A DNA stretch of 64,000 nucleotides from Chitinophaga pinensis (GTDB lineage: Bacteria; Bacteroidota; Bacteroidia; NS11-12g; UBA955), in assembly GCA_945865625.1 (NCBI GenBank), contig CAMBFD010000001.1:34559-98558 (forward strand), written 5' to 3'. Of the stretch, positions 40,760-52,111 are shown one piece after another. A model generated the notes under the pieces. It made no database searches, was not told the origin of the DNA, and saw only the letters and a list, made by a program, of their open reading frames with translations. Each line of letters opens with the position of its first letter. Position 1 is the first letter of the stretch. A program made the position numbers and the translations under genes.

Positions 40760-42048
40760 TCTTCTTCTTTTACACCTTCCGGAAGCAATTCTCCCTCCCA
40801 TTTACTTACAGCTGTTGTTGCCAATGCATTTCCCAATACGTTTGTCATTGAACGTCCCATATCGCAAAAATGGTCAATTGGCAAAATCAAAGCAATACCT
40901 TCTGCTGGAATTTTAAACATAGTGCAGGTTGCCGCAACCACAACCAAAGACGCCCTTGGTACGCCCGCAATTCCTTTGCTTGTAAGCATTAACACTAATA
41001 ACATGGTTAACTGAGTTCCAATGTCTAAAGGAATTGAGTAGGCTTGGGCAATGAAAATACTCGCAAAAGTCATATACATCATACTACCATCTAAATTAAA
41101 CGAATAGCCTAAGGGTAAAATAAAACTTACAATATTCTTTTTGCAGCCAAAATTCTCCAATTCTTCTGTGAGTTTTGGAAAAACTGCCTCTGAACTAGTT
41201 GTAGAAAAAGCAACCAACATTGGGTTTTTAATGCAGTTAATCAATGCAAACAATCGTTTTTTCAAAACAAACCAGCCTACAAGCAATAAGATCATCCACA
41301 AAATGGCAATGCCAGTATAAAACGATAAAAGGTATTTACCATAAACCAATAAAATTCCAAGTCCTTTAGTGCAAATGATGGCAGTAATTCCCCCAAAAAC
41401 ACCAAATGGGGCGAAATTCATCACATATCCAACCATTTTCAAGATCACCTTAGAAATTTTATCCAAAGCCAGAACCAAGCTTTCGCCAGTTTTTCCTAAG
41501 CTTGCAAGCGCAACGCCAAAGAACATTGAGAAGATTACAATTTGTAAAATTTCATTTTCGGCAAGGGCTTGAAACAAACTTTTAGGGAATAAATGTTCTA
41601 TGAAATGATTGATAGAAAACGAATCTGTTTTTTGCACCAATTCTTCAACTGATTTTACATTGGCACTTACATTGCCTAAGTTCATCCCTTTGCCCGGCTC
41701 GAAGAAGTTCACCAAAGCCAATCCTAAGAGCAATGAGATCAATGAGGCAGATAAAAACCACAGCATACTTTTGCCGCCAACACGACCAATGGCGCTTAAG
41801 TTTCCCATTTTCGCAATTCCAACAATGAGGGTTGTGATGACCAAAGGAGCAATGATCATTTGAACCAAGCGGAGGAAAATGGTTGTTAATATTTTGAAGT
41901 ATGAAGCATAGGTTGCATTGATTTCACCGGTTGGATTTTGGGCGCTGCCAATTTCAGGCAATCCGGTAAAAATAATTTGACCTACCACCGCACCAATAAC
42001 CATGGCTACGATAATGAAAATGGTTAGTTTAGAGCCTTTGTTTTTCAT
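40756..42048 (-). CDS. dicarboxylate/amino acid:cation symporter (GltP/DctA family)
   Basis: FLRLVQMIIAPL, AFSTTSSE, LPLGYSFNLDG, LTSKGIAGVP, DMGRSMTNVLGN. Confidence 0.93.
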   Translation of the reverse strand: MKNKGSKLTIFIIVAMVIGAVVGQIIFTGLPEIGSAQNPTGEINATYASYFKILTTIFLRLVQMIIAPLVITTLIVGIAKMGNLSAIGRVGGKSMLWFLSASLISLLLGLALVNFFEPGKGMNLGNVSANVKSVEELVQKTDSFSINHFIEHLFPKSLFQALAENEILQIVIFSMFFGVALASLGKTGESLVLALDKISKVILKMVGYVMNFAPFGVFGGITAIICTKGLGILLVYGKYLLSFYTGIAILWMILLLVGWFVLKKRLFALINCIKNPMLVAFSTTSSEAVFPKLTEELENFGCKKNIVSFILPLGYSFNLDGSMMYMTFASIFIAQAYSIPLDIGTQLTMLLVLMLTSKGIAGVPRASLVVVAATCTMFKIPAEGIALILPIDHFCDMGRSMTNVLGNALATTAVSKWEGELLPEGVKEEE

Positions 42049-42120
42049 GAACTTGATTGCAAAAGTAAGGGATAATTCTAAATCAGTGAGAAATCCGTTT
42101 CAAAGTGTTATTTTTGTGTA

Positions 42121-43086
42121 ATGATTGTTGTCACCGGCGCATTGGGTTTTATTGGTTCAGCTTTGTTGGGAGAGCTTCAGCAAAGGGGCTATGGAGAATT
42201 GGTTGCCGTTGATAATTTTAGTGATACTCGTAAATTTTCAAATTTGAATGGAAAAAACCTTCATTCGAAAATAGACCGTTCTGAATTCCTCAATTGGCTC
42301 GAAATCAATGGTGAGAAAGTTCAATTTGTATTTCACATTGGCGCAAGAACACGCACAAACGAATTCGATTGGAACGTATTGAATGAACTCAATGTGAATT
42401 ACTCAAAATCGGTTTGGAGTCTATGCACAAAACATAGCATTCCTTTGGTTTATGCTTCTTCGGCTGCTACATATGGAAACGGCGATCAAGGGTTTTCTGA
42501 TGACCCTTCTATATTAATGTCCCTCAAACCAATGAATCCATATGGTGAGAGCAAACAGATTTTTGATATATGGACGCTCAACCAAACAGAAACACCACCT
42601 TTTTGGGCTGGATTTAAGTTTTTCAATGTTTTTGGCCCGAATGAATATCATAAAGGAAGAATGGCAAGCGTTGTTTTTCATGCGTACAACCAAATTCAAG
42701 AAGAAGGGCAGGTGTCGTTGTTTAAAAGTTACAAACCTGAATACTCCGATGGTGCGCAAAAACGTGATTTTGTTTATGTTAAGGATGTCATTAATGTGCT
42801 CATATTTGAAATGGAAACCCGCAAAAATTCTGGGCTTTTCAATTTAGGAAGTGGCCAATCTCATACTTTCCTTGAATTAGCGAATGCTGTTTATGAGGCA
42901 TTAGGAATTCAACCGAAAATTTCGTATATTGAGATGCCTGAAGATATTCGTGATAATTACCAATATTTCACCGAAGCCGATGAATCGAGGCTCATTCAAT
43001 CTGGATATCATTTAGGATTTACAGATTTTAAAATTGCCGTATCAGATTACGTTCAGAATTATCTTGAAACAAATACATACATGTAA
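42121..43086 (+). CDS. rfaD: ADP-L-glycero-D-manno-heptose 6-epimerase
   Basis: IVVTGALGFIGS, YASSAATYG, YGESK, FFNVFGPNEYHKGRMASV, RDFVYV, YQYFT. Confidence 0.9.
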   Translation: MIVVTGALGFIGSALLGELQQRGYGELVAVDNFSDTRKFSNLNGKNLHSKIDRSEFLNWLEINGEKVQFVFHIGARTRTNEFDWNVLNELNVNYSKSVWSLCTKHSIPLVYASSAATYGNGDQGFSDDPSILMSLKPMNPYGESKQIFDIWTLNQTETPPFWAGFKFFNVFGPNEYHKGRMASVVFHAYNQIQEEGQVSLFKSYKPEYSDGAQKRDFVYVKDVINVLIFEMETRKNSGLFNLGSGQSHTFLELANAVYEALGIQPKISYIEMPEDIRDNYQYFTEADESRLIQSGYHLGFTDFKIAVSDYVQNYLETNTYM

Positions 43087-43089
43087 TTT

Positions 43090-46000
43090 ATGTTCAAATC
43101 TACCGGAAGTTGGCTCATTGCAATAGGTACAATATTATTGGGTGGGTCTCAATATTTTTCTTTCGGGCAGAAAACATTTCAATCTGAATTAACTTTAAAC
43201 TCTTACGCTAAAGAAGTTGTAAGTGAAATTGAAAATGTTGATTTTCATATTGCCAACTTCGATAAATCTCCAACGATCAATCATTATTCGAGTTCAATAC
43301 AACGCGAATTATTTAAAGAAAATAAAATTGAGGTTTATCAGTTTACTGACGGTAAGCCAGTTTTATGGACAAACAATCAATTTTACATTGTTCCAGAAAA
43401 TAAAAATGCATTTGAAATTATCCACCAAGGGTCAATTCATTTGGCAAAATGGAATCGGGTTCACGGTCGTGAAACTTGGGTTTATGTATACAATATTTTC
43501 GAAAATCAAGGACCGAAATTAAACCCGGATTCTTTAAATGAAAAACAGAATTCTATTTTGGATATCGATAGAAAAATTATTGAAAATGGCAAAATCATTC
43601 AATTTAAAGGTTCTTTGATTCAGAAAAGCGAATCTCAATATTCTATTGGATTTAAACAATATTCTGCTAGTTTGTTTTATGATTTAGTGTTTTTAATTGG
43701 TCTTTGCTTAATTAGCTTGGGTATCTATATTCGTTACAAAATCACAAAACTCAATTTCCTGAAAGTCGTAAATTGGTTGATTTGGTTTCTTGCAACTATT
43801 TTATTTACATATGAATTCATTGCAAAAACATTCAAACAACTTAAGCTCTTTTCTTCTGATTTGTTTTATTTCAATTCGTTTTTTCAGAGTATCGGATTAA
43901 CACTCATCTGGTCATTGTTATTCTATTGGTTCGTACTAATGGTGGTCAACTATTGCCGTAAATTACTGCCTAATTTGTCCCTCAAAAAGAAAATTACCGT
44001 GCTCATAATTATGTACGGCGTTGCTTTAGCTACCTTATGGTTTATTTTTGTTTTAGCCAAAGATTTGGTAGGAAGCACCGACATCCATTTCGACTTTTTT
44101 GAAATCCTACTCGTTACAAGATACACACTCATTTCTGTTGGTATTCTCGTGCTGTTAATGGTCAGCGTGTTTACCATTTTAAACGAATTTGCACCTACTT
44201 TTTACTTGCTGGATGTAAATCATCGTATGATGATTTTTATACTCTCTTTTTTGCCAAATTTAATCTATTGCTTCTACAATATTCAAAGCCTTTTATACTG
44301 TGTTATTTGGATATTTTTTATTGTCATTTGGTTTTTATTTAGGAAAAACTCGAATACACGTTTCGATTATACTCGAATCTTGCTTCAAGTGTTATTGCCA
44401 TGTATTTCTTTGAGCGTTATTCTAAATACTGAGTTGAGAAAAAAGGAAAATTTACAACGAAAATATTTGTCGTCTCAATTATTTTTGAAAGCAGATAAGA
44501 TCATTAAAGAACGTTTATATGATGCCGAAACTCAATTAAATTCAGATAAGGGGGTTTTAGATTACTATAGTTACCAAGACGTAACTAAGGAAGCATTTGA
44601 AAGCCGCCTAAAGCAAGTTTGCTTTGATTCGGAATATGAGAATTATGATATTTCAATTTTTGATTTTGATGGACAAGGTCTGTCTTATCGAATCGACAAT
44701 ACCATAGATTATGGAACACTAAACGCAATTTATTTTAGTGATTTGTGCATTCAGGTAACAAACCGATTTTTTCTCATCAACGGAAGAAGATTGCGTGGTT
44801 GTTATTTAGGAAAATTTAATGTTGTTCAAGGAAGTCAACTTTTGGGAAGTTATTTCGTACTCTTAACCCCGAAATTTGGAAATACCCTGGGTCGTCTGTC
44901 TGATGTAATTCAAAAGAATACAACTGAAAATATCTTTAGACGTTATCAATATTCTTATGCCATTTATAACCGAAATAAACTAAATAGGCATTCTGGCCAA
45001 TTCGATTATCCAGCAATTAACTTATTTGGTGCGTCAACACGTTTTTTCAATAAAGATGGATTTAGCCATTATGTACAAAAAGACGAATACAACAACATTG
45101 TAATTATCACCCAAAAAGATGAATCGATGCTTATGTCGTCAATTCAATTTACTTTATTATCGCTTGCTGGGTTTATTCTCTTTTTACTCTATTTGTTGGT
45201 TGTTTGGATTCAACAAAGAGTTGGTTTATTATTTCAAAGATTCAAATTTACAAGTCGTTTTGGCTTCACACGGCGTGTCATTATGCCGCAATTTTCAACT
45301 GAAAGTTGGTTTTTATCCCGTCGATTACAGTTATATATCACTTGGTTGGTGTTTGGTATATTTTTGATTGTCATCTTTGTAACCATCAATTACTTTATAC
45401 AAAACAATATTGAACGTCAGCAACAATATCTGATGAATAAAGCCAATAATGTGGCCAATAAAATTAGTGGAGAAATTAATCTTGATGCACTTCAAAATAA
45501 ATATGAAGTAGGATTGGTTTATGATTTGGCAGATTATTATGAAACTGATATTAATGTTTACGATCAATTTGGTAAACTTATTTTTTCAACAAACCCTAAG
45601 TTATATTCTGAGAAATATACGGGTGAACTCATGAATCCAACTGTTCTCGGGAAATTTCAAACCAATGAAATTTCATCTGCAATTGTTTCAGAGAATATTG
45701 CCGATTTAAGTTACATTTCTGCTTATACCACATTGATAGATAATGATCTGAATGTTCGTGGGTATGTAAATTTGCCATATTTTTCAAACAGAGAAGATTT
45801 GTTTCGCGAAATCTCACAATATACCGTGACCATTATCAATCTATTTGTGCTCATTTTTGCATTGGCAATTATATTAACATATTACGTAGCCCAACGATTG
45901 TCGAAACCACTTATCTTAATCAAAAATCAATTGTCGCAAATGAAAATTGGTGAGAAAAACCTACCTATCCAATGGCAACGAAATGATGAAATTGGATTGT

Positions 46001-46740
46001 TGGTTACTGAGTACAATAAAATGTTAAGTGCCCTCGATTCTAGCTTGGGTCGTTTAGCAGAAAGCGAGCGTCAAGGGGCTTGGAGGGAAATGGCAAAGCA
46101 AGTGGCGCATGAGATTAAGAATCCATTGACTCCAATGCGATTATCGTTGCAGCATTTGCAATATTCAATAAGCAGGGGCGATGATCATATAGAGGAAAAG
46201 GTCAAAAAAACCATTGCATTAATGATTCGTCAGATTGATTCGCTCAGCGCCATGGCTGAGGAATTTAGCTCTTTTGCCAAAATGCCGGAACCCATTTTAG
46301 AAAATATTGATTTAAAGTTGGTGTTAACGGATGCGGTAGACTTGATGGAAAAGGAAATGGGACAACCTATTACCTTGAAAATTGATGTCGATACTATTCC
46401 AGTTTTGGCAGACCCGCATCAGCTGGGTCGTATCTTTAATAATATTTTCAAAAATGCCATTCAAGCCATTCCTGATGATAGAATTGGTCAGATTGTGGTG
46501 GATGTAATGATGCTTCAAAAATCGGTGCTGCTTACAATTTCCGACAACGGAAAAGGCATACCACCTGAATTGTTCGACAAGATTTTTAGCCCGAATTTTA
46601 GTACGAAAAACAGTGGAATGGGACTAGGACTTGCCATCACAAAGAAAATTATTGAACAATTCAATGGCAGAATTCAGTTTAAATCTGAAATCAATGTGGG
46701 TACCGTTTTCGAAATTGAAATCCCGCTAAACTTAGGGTAA
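43090..46740 (+). CDS. large polytopic sensor histidine kinase (HAMP-HisKA-HATPase, NtrY-like core)
   Basis: Many TM segments; DEIGLLV HAMP; AWREMAKQVAHEIKNPLTP; N box NIFKNAIQA; DNGKGI, FSTK, GMGLGL. Confidence 0.92.
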   Translation: MFKSTGSWLIAIGTILLGGSQYFSFGQKTFQSELTLNSYAKEVVSEIENVDFHIANFDKSPTINHYSSSIQRELFKENKIEVYQFTDGKPVLWTNNQFYIVPENKNAFEIIHQGSIHLAKWNRVHGRETWVYVYNIFENQGPKLNPDSLNEKQNSILDIDRKIIENGKIIQFKGSLIQKSESQYSIGFKQYSASLFYDLVFLIGLCLISLGIYIRYKITKLNFLKVVNWLIWFLATILFTYEFIAKTFKQLKLFSSDLFYFNSFFQSIGLTLIWSLLFYWFVLMVVNYCRKLLPNLSLKKKITVLIIMYGVALATLWFIFVLAKDLVGSTDIHFDFFEILLVTRYTLISVGILVLLMVSVFTILNEFAPTFYLLDVNHRMMIFILSFLPNLIYCFYNIQSLLYCVIWIFFIVIWFLFRKNSNTRFDYTRILLQVLLPCISLSVILNTELRKKENLQRKYLSSQLFLKADKIIKERLYDAETQLNSDKGVLDYYSYQDVTKEAFESRLKQVCFDSEYENYDISIFDFDGQGLSYRIDNTIDYGTLNAIYFSDLCIQVTNRFFLINGRRLRGCYLGKFNVVQGSQLLGSYFVLLTPKFGNTLGRLSDVIQKNTTENIFRRYQYSYAIYNRNKLNRHSGQFDYPAINLFGASTRFFNKDGFSHYVQKDEYNNIVIITQKDESMLMSSIQFTLLSLAGFILFLLYLLVVWIQQRVGLLFQRFKFTSRFGFTRRVIMPQFSTESWFLSRRLQLYITWLVFGIFLIVIFVTINYFIQNNIERQQQYLMNKANNVANKISGEINLDALQNKYEVGLVYDLADYYETDINVYDQFGKLIFSTNPKLYSEKYTGELMNPTVLGKFQTNEISSAIVSENIADLSYISAYTTLIDNDLNVRGYVNLPYFSNREDLFREISQYTVTIINLFVLIFALAIILTYYVAQRLSKPLILIKNQLSQMKIGEKNLPIQWQRNDEIGLLVTEYNKMLSALDSSLGRLAESERQGAWREMAKQVAHEIKNPLTPMRLSLQHLQYSISRGDDHIEEKVKKTIALMIRQIDSLSAMAEEFSSFAKMPEPILENIDLKLVLTDAVDLMEKEMGQPITLKIDVDTIPVLADPHQLGRIFNNIFKNAIQAIPDDRIGQIVVDVMMLQKSVLLTISDNGKGIPPELFDKIFSPNFSTKNSGMGLGLAITKKIIEQFNGRIQFKSEINVGTVFEIEIPLNLG

Positions 46741-47640
46741 ATGACTCTTTACTTTTGAAAACCCAGCCCTGGTGATTGGCGTTTTTCCAAAGTTTAATTT
46801 AAATTCTTCCTCCGATATCGAATTCCAAGCTTCCTGATTCCACTCAGTCCAATCTCCTGATGGAATGAATCTTTCTTCTTGAGTAGGGACGCTAAAACGA
46901 TTCCATGGACAAACGTCTTGGCAAATATCACAACCAAATATCCATTGGTCAAGGCTTTGTTTCTCCTCCAGTTGTAGTTCTGATCGCTTTTCAATGGTTA
47001 AATAAGAAATGCATTTTGTGGCATCTATCACTTGGTCTGAAACTATGGCATCTGTAGGACAAGCATCAATACAAGCCGTGCAACTTCCACAGTGATCGGT
47101 GGTTGGTTGGTCGGGCTCTATTTCAATGGTACAGATAATTTCTGCTAAAAAGAAAAAACTTCCAATTCCTTTTCTGATAATCAAACTGTTTTTTCCAATC
47201 CATCCAATTCCAGATTGCTCAGCCCATTGACGCTCCATCAATGGCGCAGAATCAACAAAAACCCGACCTTGAGCTTCCGAATGTAATGTTTTGATATATT
47301 CTAATAAGAGAAATCCTTGATCTTTCACCACTTTGTGGTAATCTTCACCATACGCGTATTTTGCAACTTTTGGGGCTTTGGTTTTTTGTAATTTCTCCGG
47401 AAAATAATTATATGCCAAGCTAATTACAGTTTTGGAACCTTCAACCAACAATGTTGGATCTAAACGTTTTTCAAAATGATTTTCCATGTAGCCCATTTCT
47501 CCGTGAAAACCGCGATTCAACCAATCTTGTAAATGATTTCTTTCCGTTTCTAAACAAGTAGCCACAGAAAAACCACAGGCTAAAAAACCAAGTTCTTCAG
47601 ATTTTTGAATGATTTGCGATTTGATGGTTGGGTTGTCCAT
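46732..47640 (-). CDS. queG: tRNA epoxyqueuosine(34) reductase
   Basis: YAYGEDYH, FVDSAP, GWIGKN, CGSCTACIDACP, CISYLTIE, FGCDICQDVCPWN. Confidence 0.95.
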   Translation of the reverse strand: MDNPTIKSQIIQKSEELGFLACGFSVATCLETERNHLQDWLNRGFHGEMGYMENHFEKRLDPTLLVEGSKTVISLAYNYFPEKLQKTKAPKVAKYAYGEDYHKVVKDQGFLLLEYIKTLHSEAQGRVFVDSAPLMERQWAEQSGIGWIGKNSLIIRKGIGSFFFLAEIICTIEIEPDQPTTDHCGSCTACIDACPTDAIVSDQVIDATKCISYLTIEKRSELQLEEKQSLDQWIFGCDICQDVCPWNRFSVPTQEERFIPSGDWTEWNQEAWNSISEEEFKLNFGKTPITRAGFSKVKSHLP

Positions 47641-47658
47641 AAAGAACAAAGGTTTCTT

Positions 47659-48687
47659 TTACAACAATTTTCCAGAGCCACCGCCCATGTGCGGAATTTT
47701 ACCCAAATGCCTATATGCCAAATGTGTGGCTTCTCTACCTCGAGCTGTACGCTGTAAATATCCCTCCTGAATTAAGAATGGTTCATAAACCTCTTCTATG
47801 GTTCCTGAATCCTCACCAACAGCAGTGGCAATGGTTCCAAGTCCTACAGGACCACCCTTGAACTTTTCGATAATGGTTAACAAAATTCGATTATCCATTT
47901 CATCCAATCCATTGGCATCAACATTTAATGCTTGCAGTGCAAATTGCGCAATGTCTAAATTGATGGTACCATCGCCTTTGATTTGAGCAAAATCTCTGGT
48001 TCTACGCAAAAGTGCGTTTGCAATTCTTGGGGTTCCACGACTTCTACGGGCAATTTCAAAAGCAGCGCTTTCTTCAATTGGGGTGTTTAAAATACTTGAA
48101 CTACGTTTGACAATTCCTGTTAAGATTTCGGCATTGTAATATTCTAACCTACAATTGATACCGAAACGGGCTCTTAAAGGCGCCGTCAATAAACCGCTTC
48201 TAGTGGTTGCTCCAACCAATGTGAATGGTGCCAATGAAATTTGCACACTGCGGGCATTGGGGCCTGTATCGATCATAATGTCAATACGATAGTCTTCCAT
48301 TGCACTATACAAATATTCTTCAATTACAGGGCTCAAACGGTGAATTTCATCAATAAACAAAACATCACCTTTTTGAAGGTTGGTTAACAAACCTGCCAAA
48401 TCACCCGGCTTTTCAAGTACGGGTCCGCTGGTGATTTTCATTGAGCTGCCCATGGCATTGGCAACAATATGACTTAAAGTGGTTTTTCCAAGACCCGGAG
48501 GGCCATGGAGTAAAATATGGTCTAACGCTTCTTCTCTCAAACGAGCTGCTTCTACGAAAACTTTTAGGTTATCTAAGATTTTTTCTTGCCCGGTAAAATC
48601 GTCGAAGGTTGCTGGCCTCAATACCTTTTCAATGTCCTTGTCGGCACGGCTTAATTGATCGTTGGCAGGATTGAGGTTTGGATTCAT
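47659..48687 (-). CDS. ruvB: Holliday junction branch migration helicase RuvB
   Basis: [35 protein letters not shown]. Confidence 0.97.
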   Translation of the reverse strand: MNPNLNPANDQLSRADKDIEKVLRPATFDDFTGQEKILDNLKVFVEAARLREEALDHILLHGPPGLGKTTLSHIVANAMGSSMKITSGPVLEKPGDLAGLLTNLQKGDVLFIDEIHRLSPVIEEYLYSAMEDYRIDIMIDTGPNARSVQISLAPFTLVGATTRSGLLTAPLRARFGINCRLEYYNAEILTGIVKRSSSILNTPIEESAAFEIARRSRGTPRIANALLRRTRDFAQIKGDGTINLDIAQFALQALNVDANGLDEMDNRILLTIIEKFKGGPVGLGTIATAVGEDSGTIEEVYEPFLIQEGYLQRTARGREATHLAYRHLGKIPHMGGGSGKLL

Positions 48688-48690
48688 GAG

Positions 48691-49563
48691 TTATAGTGTA
48701 TTTGCTAAACGACGTAAATTTGCTTCAACAGTTGCGTTTACAGGCCAAAGTGGTTGACGTACAGCTGTTCCACAAAGTCCTTTCTCGTTCAACATGGTTT
48801 TAATTCCTGAGGGACTACCATCGGCGAAAATTGCAATGGCAGATTCCATGGTTTGGTAGTGAAGTGATTTTGCGTCGGCAAAACGTCCCTCCAAACAAGC
48901 CTTTACCATACCCGAAAATTGCATTGGGAAAGCATGGTTAATCACAGAGATTACGCCAGCCGCTCCACAAGCCATCATGGGCAAAGTGAGAGAGTCATCG
49001 CCGCTGATAACAAGGAAATCTGCAGGTTTATGAGCAATGATTTGCATCACTTGCTCGATGTTTCCTGATGCTTCTTTTGTAGCAACAATTTGTGGCAAGG
49101 CAGCCAAACGCAATTGCGTTTCGGCAGTCATGTTCATTCCAGTTCTTCCCGGAACATTGTAAATAATGATTGGCAATGGGGTTACTGCGCACAACGATTT
49201 GTAATGCTGGTAAATTCCTTCTTGATTTGGTTTGTTGTAATAAGGACTCACCGATAAAATGGCGCAAAAGCCTGAAACATCGGTGGTTTTCAAAAGATGA
49301 CAAACTTCGGCAGTGTTGTTGCCTCCGATGCCCAGAATTAATGGCAATCGACCATGATTTGCTGCTTTAATGCAATTGATTATCGCAGTTTTTTCATCAG
49401 ACGATAACGTAGCACTTTCACCTGTTGTTCCTAAAACAACCAAGTAGTTTGTGCCACCATCAATTTGTTGGTTTACAATGCGTGCAAGTGCATCGAAATC
49501 AATGCTATGATCTTCTTTAAATGGGGTAATTAATGCCACCCCTGTGCCCATTAGTTCTTTCAT
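48691..49563 (-). CDS. dapA: 4-hydroxy-tetrahydrodipicolinate synthase
   Basis: ALITPF, GTTGE, PYYNKP, YNVPGRT, KEASG, SGDD, GVISV. Confidence 0.95.
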   Translation of the reverse strand: MKELMGTGVALITPFKEDHSIDFDALARIVNQQIDGGTNYLVVLGTTGESATLSSDEKTAIINCIKAANHGRLPLILGIGGNNTAEVCHLLKTTDVSGFCAILSVSPYYNKPNQEGIYQHYKSLCAVTPLPIIIYNVPGRTGMNMTAETQLRLAALPQIVATKEASGNIEQVMQIIAHKPADFLVISGDDSLTLPMMACGAAGVISVINHAFPMQFSGMVKACLEGRFADAKSLHYQTMESAIAIFADGSPSGIKTMLNEKGLCGTAVRQPLWPVNATVEANLRRLANTL

Positions 49564-50108
49564 TGTAAATGTTTAAAGCAATCTTTTAAATCGCAAATGT
49601 ACTGATTCAAATTCGGTGTTTCATTTTGTTTTAGCAAGATATCAAAAAAAGCTGGATAATTTTCCTGCCACAGAGATACCCTTGCAATGCTGTTCGACAT
49701 GCTCGCCATTACAATTGTTTTGTAAGAGAATGACATGTCTAGGTTTATGAAAAAATCAGAAGGTTGTTTGAGTATCATCTGAAGTCCATCGGCCTTTGGG
49801 AATCCATACCAGTTGAAGTCTGCTTGGCAAAAATTCCAACGATTTCTATCGGCAGGAACAGGAATGTTCTTCGTGTCTTTTCCCGGGTAAATGATAATTT
49901 TACTGACAATTTTTCCGTTTTGTTTTAAGTAATCGGCAAAATCCTCGATGAGCGCAATTTGTTGGTCATTATTCTCTAAAACTTCATACGCAATGATAAA
50001 GTTTTTAGCATATCTAAAATTAATGGCACCCTTGTTTCTCTTAAAAGATTTGGCCTTTAAGTTCAGCAATGCCATTTTGAGTTTGCTTGGTTGAAATTCT
50101 TCGTTCAT
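49560..50108 (-). CDS. conserved Bacteroidota hypothetical protein (DUF6913-like)
   Basis: DFNWYGFP and DFFINL; translationally coupled between ligA and dapA. Confidence 0.6.
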   Translation of the reverse strand: MNEEFQPSKLKMALLNLKAKSFKRNKGAINFRYAKNFIIAYEVLENNDQQIALIEDFADYLKQNGKIVSKIIIYPGKDTKNIPVPADRNRWNFCQADFNWYGFPKADGLQMILKQPSDFFINLDMSFSYKTIVMASMSNSIARVSLWQENYPAFFDILLKQNETPNLNQYICDLKDCFKHLQ

Positions 50109-52111
50109 GATGTTTGAATCATTTGTAAGAGTTCATCTTCCGATAGGAAAACAACACCCAATTGTTGTGCTTTTTCTAATTTTGAGGGACCAACACCGCT
50201 GCCTGCAATGAGGTAATTGGTTTTTGAGGTCACGCCACTTGCCATTTTTCCTCCGTTGTTTTCAACCAAGTCTTTGAGTTCGTCGCGACTATGATTTTCG
50301 AAAACCCCAGAAATCACAAAGATTTTACCTTCCAAAACATAGCTTGCTTTTTCAATTTTCTGAGCTTCGAATTGCAAATTTGCGGATTTTAATCTCTCAA
50401 TTTCTTGCAAATTACGAGGATTTTGGAAATGTTGGTGCACCGTTTGTGCAATTCGCTCTCCAATTTCATCAACCTTGAGCATTTCTTCGATGCTGGCATT
50501 CATTAAATTGTGAATGGTTAAAAATGCCGCAACCAATTTTTTGGCCACGGTTTCTCCAACATATCTTATACCAATGGCAAATAAAACCCTTTCAAAAGGT
50601 TGGTTTTTACTGATTTGTATGCCTTCAATGATGTTGTTGGCACTTTTTTCGCCCATTCGGTCTAACGCAATTAACTGTTCAAAAGTTAAGTCGTAAAAGT
50701 CGGCCGGCGAGTTTACCAAGTTGTTTTTGTAGAGCGTTTCTGCCATTTCACTGCCAATACTCTGAATGTCCATGGCCTTGCGCCCTACAAAATGTTCGAG
50801 TTTCCCAACCACTTGAGGAGGGCAGAGGAGGTCGTTGGGACAATAATGCTGGGCTTCACCTTCATTTCGAATGAGTTTGGTGTTGCATTCTGGGCAATGT
50901 GAAATATAGGCTTGAGGTTCAGAGTTTTCAGGTCTTTGGGTATAGTCGATTCCCACAATTTTAGGAATGATTTCACCCCCTTTTTCTACAAAAACCATGT
51001 CGCCGATGCGAATGTCTAAACGTTCCATTTCATTGGCATTGTGTAAGCTCGCCCGCTTCACCGTGGTTCCAAGAATGGCAACAGGTTGTAGTTCGGCTAC
51101 TGGCGTAATGGCACCCGTTCTTCCAACTTGGTACTTAATATCGAGCAGTGTTGTGGTGGCCGTTTCCGTTTGAAATTTATAAGCAATGGCCCAACGTGGG
51201 GTTTTTGCGGTGAACCCAAGTTCTTCTTGGAGGTTTTTGTTGTTTACTTTTATCACCACTCCATCGGTGTCGAACGACAAATCGTGCCGTTTTGCATCCC
51301 AAACGTTTAAAAACGCGAGTACACTGTCAATGCCATTGCAAACTTTTGAGGTTTCAGCAATTTTAATTCCCCAGCTTGCTGCTGCATTGAGCGACTCAGA
51401 ATGGGTGGCAAAAAGTCCCTCATCCTCTAATAAATAATATAAATAAATGTCGAGCGGACGTTTGGCAACCTCATTGGGGTCTTTGATTTTGAGGGATCCC
51501 GAAGCCACGTTTCTTGGGTTGGCGTATTCGGCTTCATTGTTGGCCCTTCTCATGTCATTGAGCTTTTCGAAACCTTTGCGATGCATGAAAATTTCACCAC
51601 GCATTTCGAATTTCTGAGGGAAATTTCCTGAGAGTTGGTGTTTTAGGCTTCGAATGGTTTTTACGTTGGTGGTTACATCGTCGCCTTGAATGCCATCGCC
51701 ACGGGTAATGGCTTGCACGAGTTTTCCATTTTCAAAAAATAAAGAAATGGCCAACCCGTCAATTTTAAGTTCGCATACATATTCAATGTCTGCGAGTCCT
51801 GTCGATTTACGAATGCGTTCATCGAAATCTCTCAGCTCTTGCTCGTTGTAAGTATTTGCCAGCGACAACATTGGCCGTTGGTGTTTCACGGTGATAAATC
51901 CATCGGAAACGTTTCCACCTACTTTTTGGGTAGGACTATCCGGTGAAATAAATTGTGGAAATTGAGCTTCGAGATGGGTCAATTCGTTGAGTAATTGATC
52001 GAATTCAAAGTCAGAAATTGCAGGTTCAGCAAGCACATAATACCGGTAATTATGGTCTTTGAGGAGCGTAGTTAGTTGTTCAATGCGGAGTTTTGCATTT
52101 GCCAATTCCAT
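50105..52111 (-). CDS. ligA: NAD-dependent DNA ligase
   Basis: ELKIDG, TRGDG, EMRGE, DGVVIK, PRWAIAYKF, QVGRTG, zinc finger, HhH, BRCT. Confidence 0.97.
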   Translation of the reverse strand: MELANAKLRIEQLTTLLKDHNYRYYVLAEPAISDFEFDQLLNELTHLEAQFPQFISPDSPTQKVGGNVSDGFITVKHQRPMLSLANTYNEQELRDFDERIRKSTGLADIEYVCELKIDGLAISLFFENGKLVQAITRGDGIQGDDVTTNVKTIRSLKHQLSGNFPQKFEMRGEIFMHRKGFEKLNDMRRANNEAEYANPRNVASGSLKIKDPNEVAKRPLDIYLYYLLEDEGLFATHSESLNAAASWGIKIAETSKVCNGIDSVLAFLNVWDAKRHDLSFDTDGVVIKVNNKNLQEELGFTAKTPRWAIAYKFQTETATTTLLDIKYQVGRTGAITPVAELQPVAILGTTVKRASLHNANEMERLDIRIGDMVFVEKGGEIIPKIVGIDYTQRPENSEPQAYISHCPECNTKLIRNEGEAQHYCPNDLLCPPQVVGKLEHFVGRKAMDIQSIGSEMAETLYKNNLVNSPADFYDLTFEQLIALDRMGEKSANNIIEGIQISKNQPFERVLFAIGIRYVGETVAKKLVAAFLTIHNLMNASIEEMLKVDEIGERIAQTVHQHFQNPRNLQEIERLKSANLQFEAQKIEKASYVLEGKIFVISGVFENHSRDELKDLVENNGGKMASGVTSKTNYLIAGSGVGPSKLEKAQQLGVVFLSEDELLQMIQTS

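Noticed and set aside
46732..47640. Functional clustering of B12-dependent queG with the B12 uptake operon
   Set aside because: They are 12 kb apart in unrelated operons; queG shows a B12 demand but not co-regulation.
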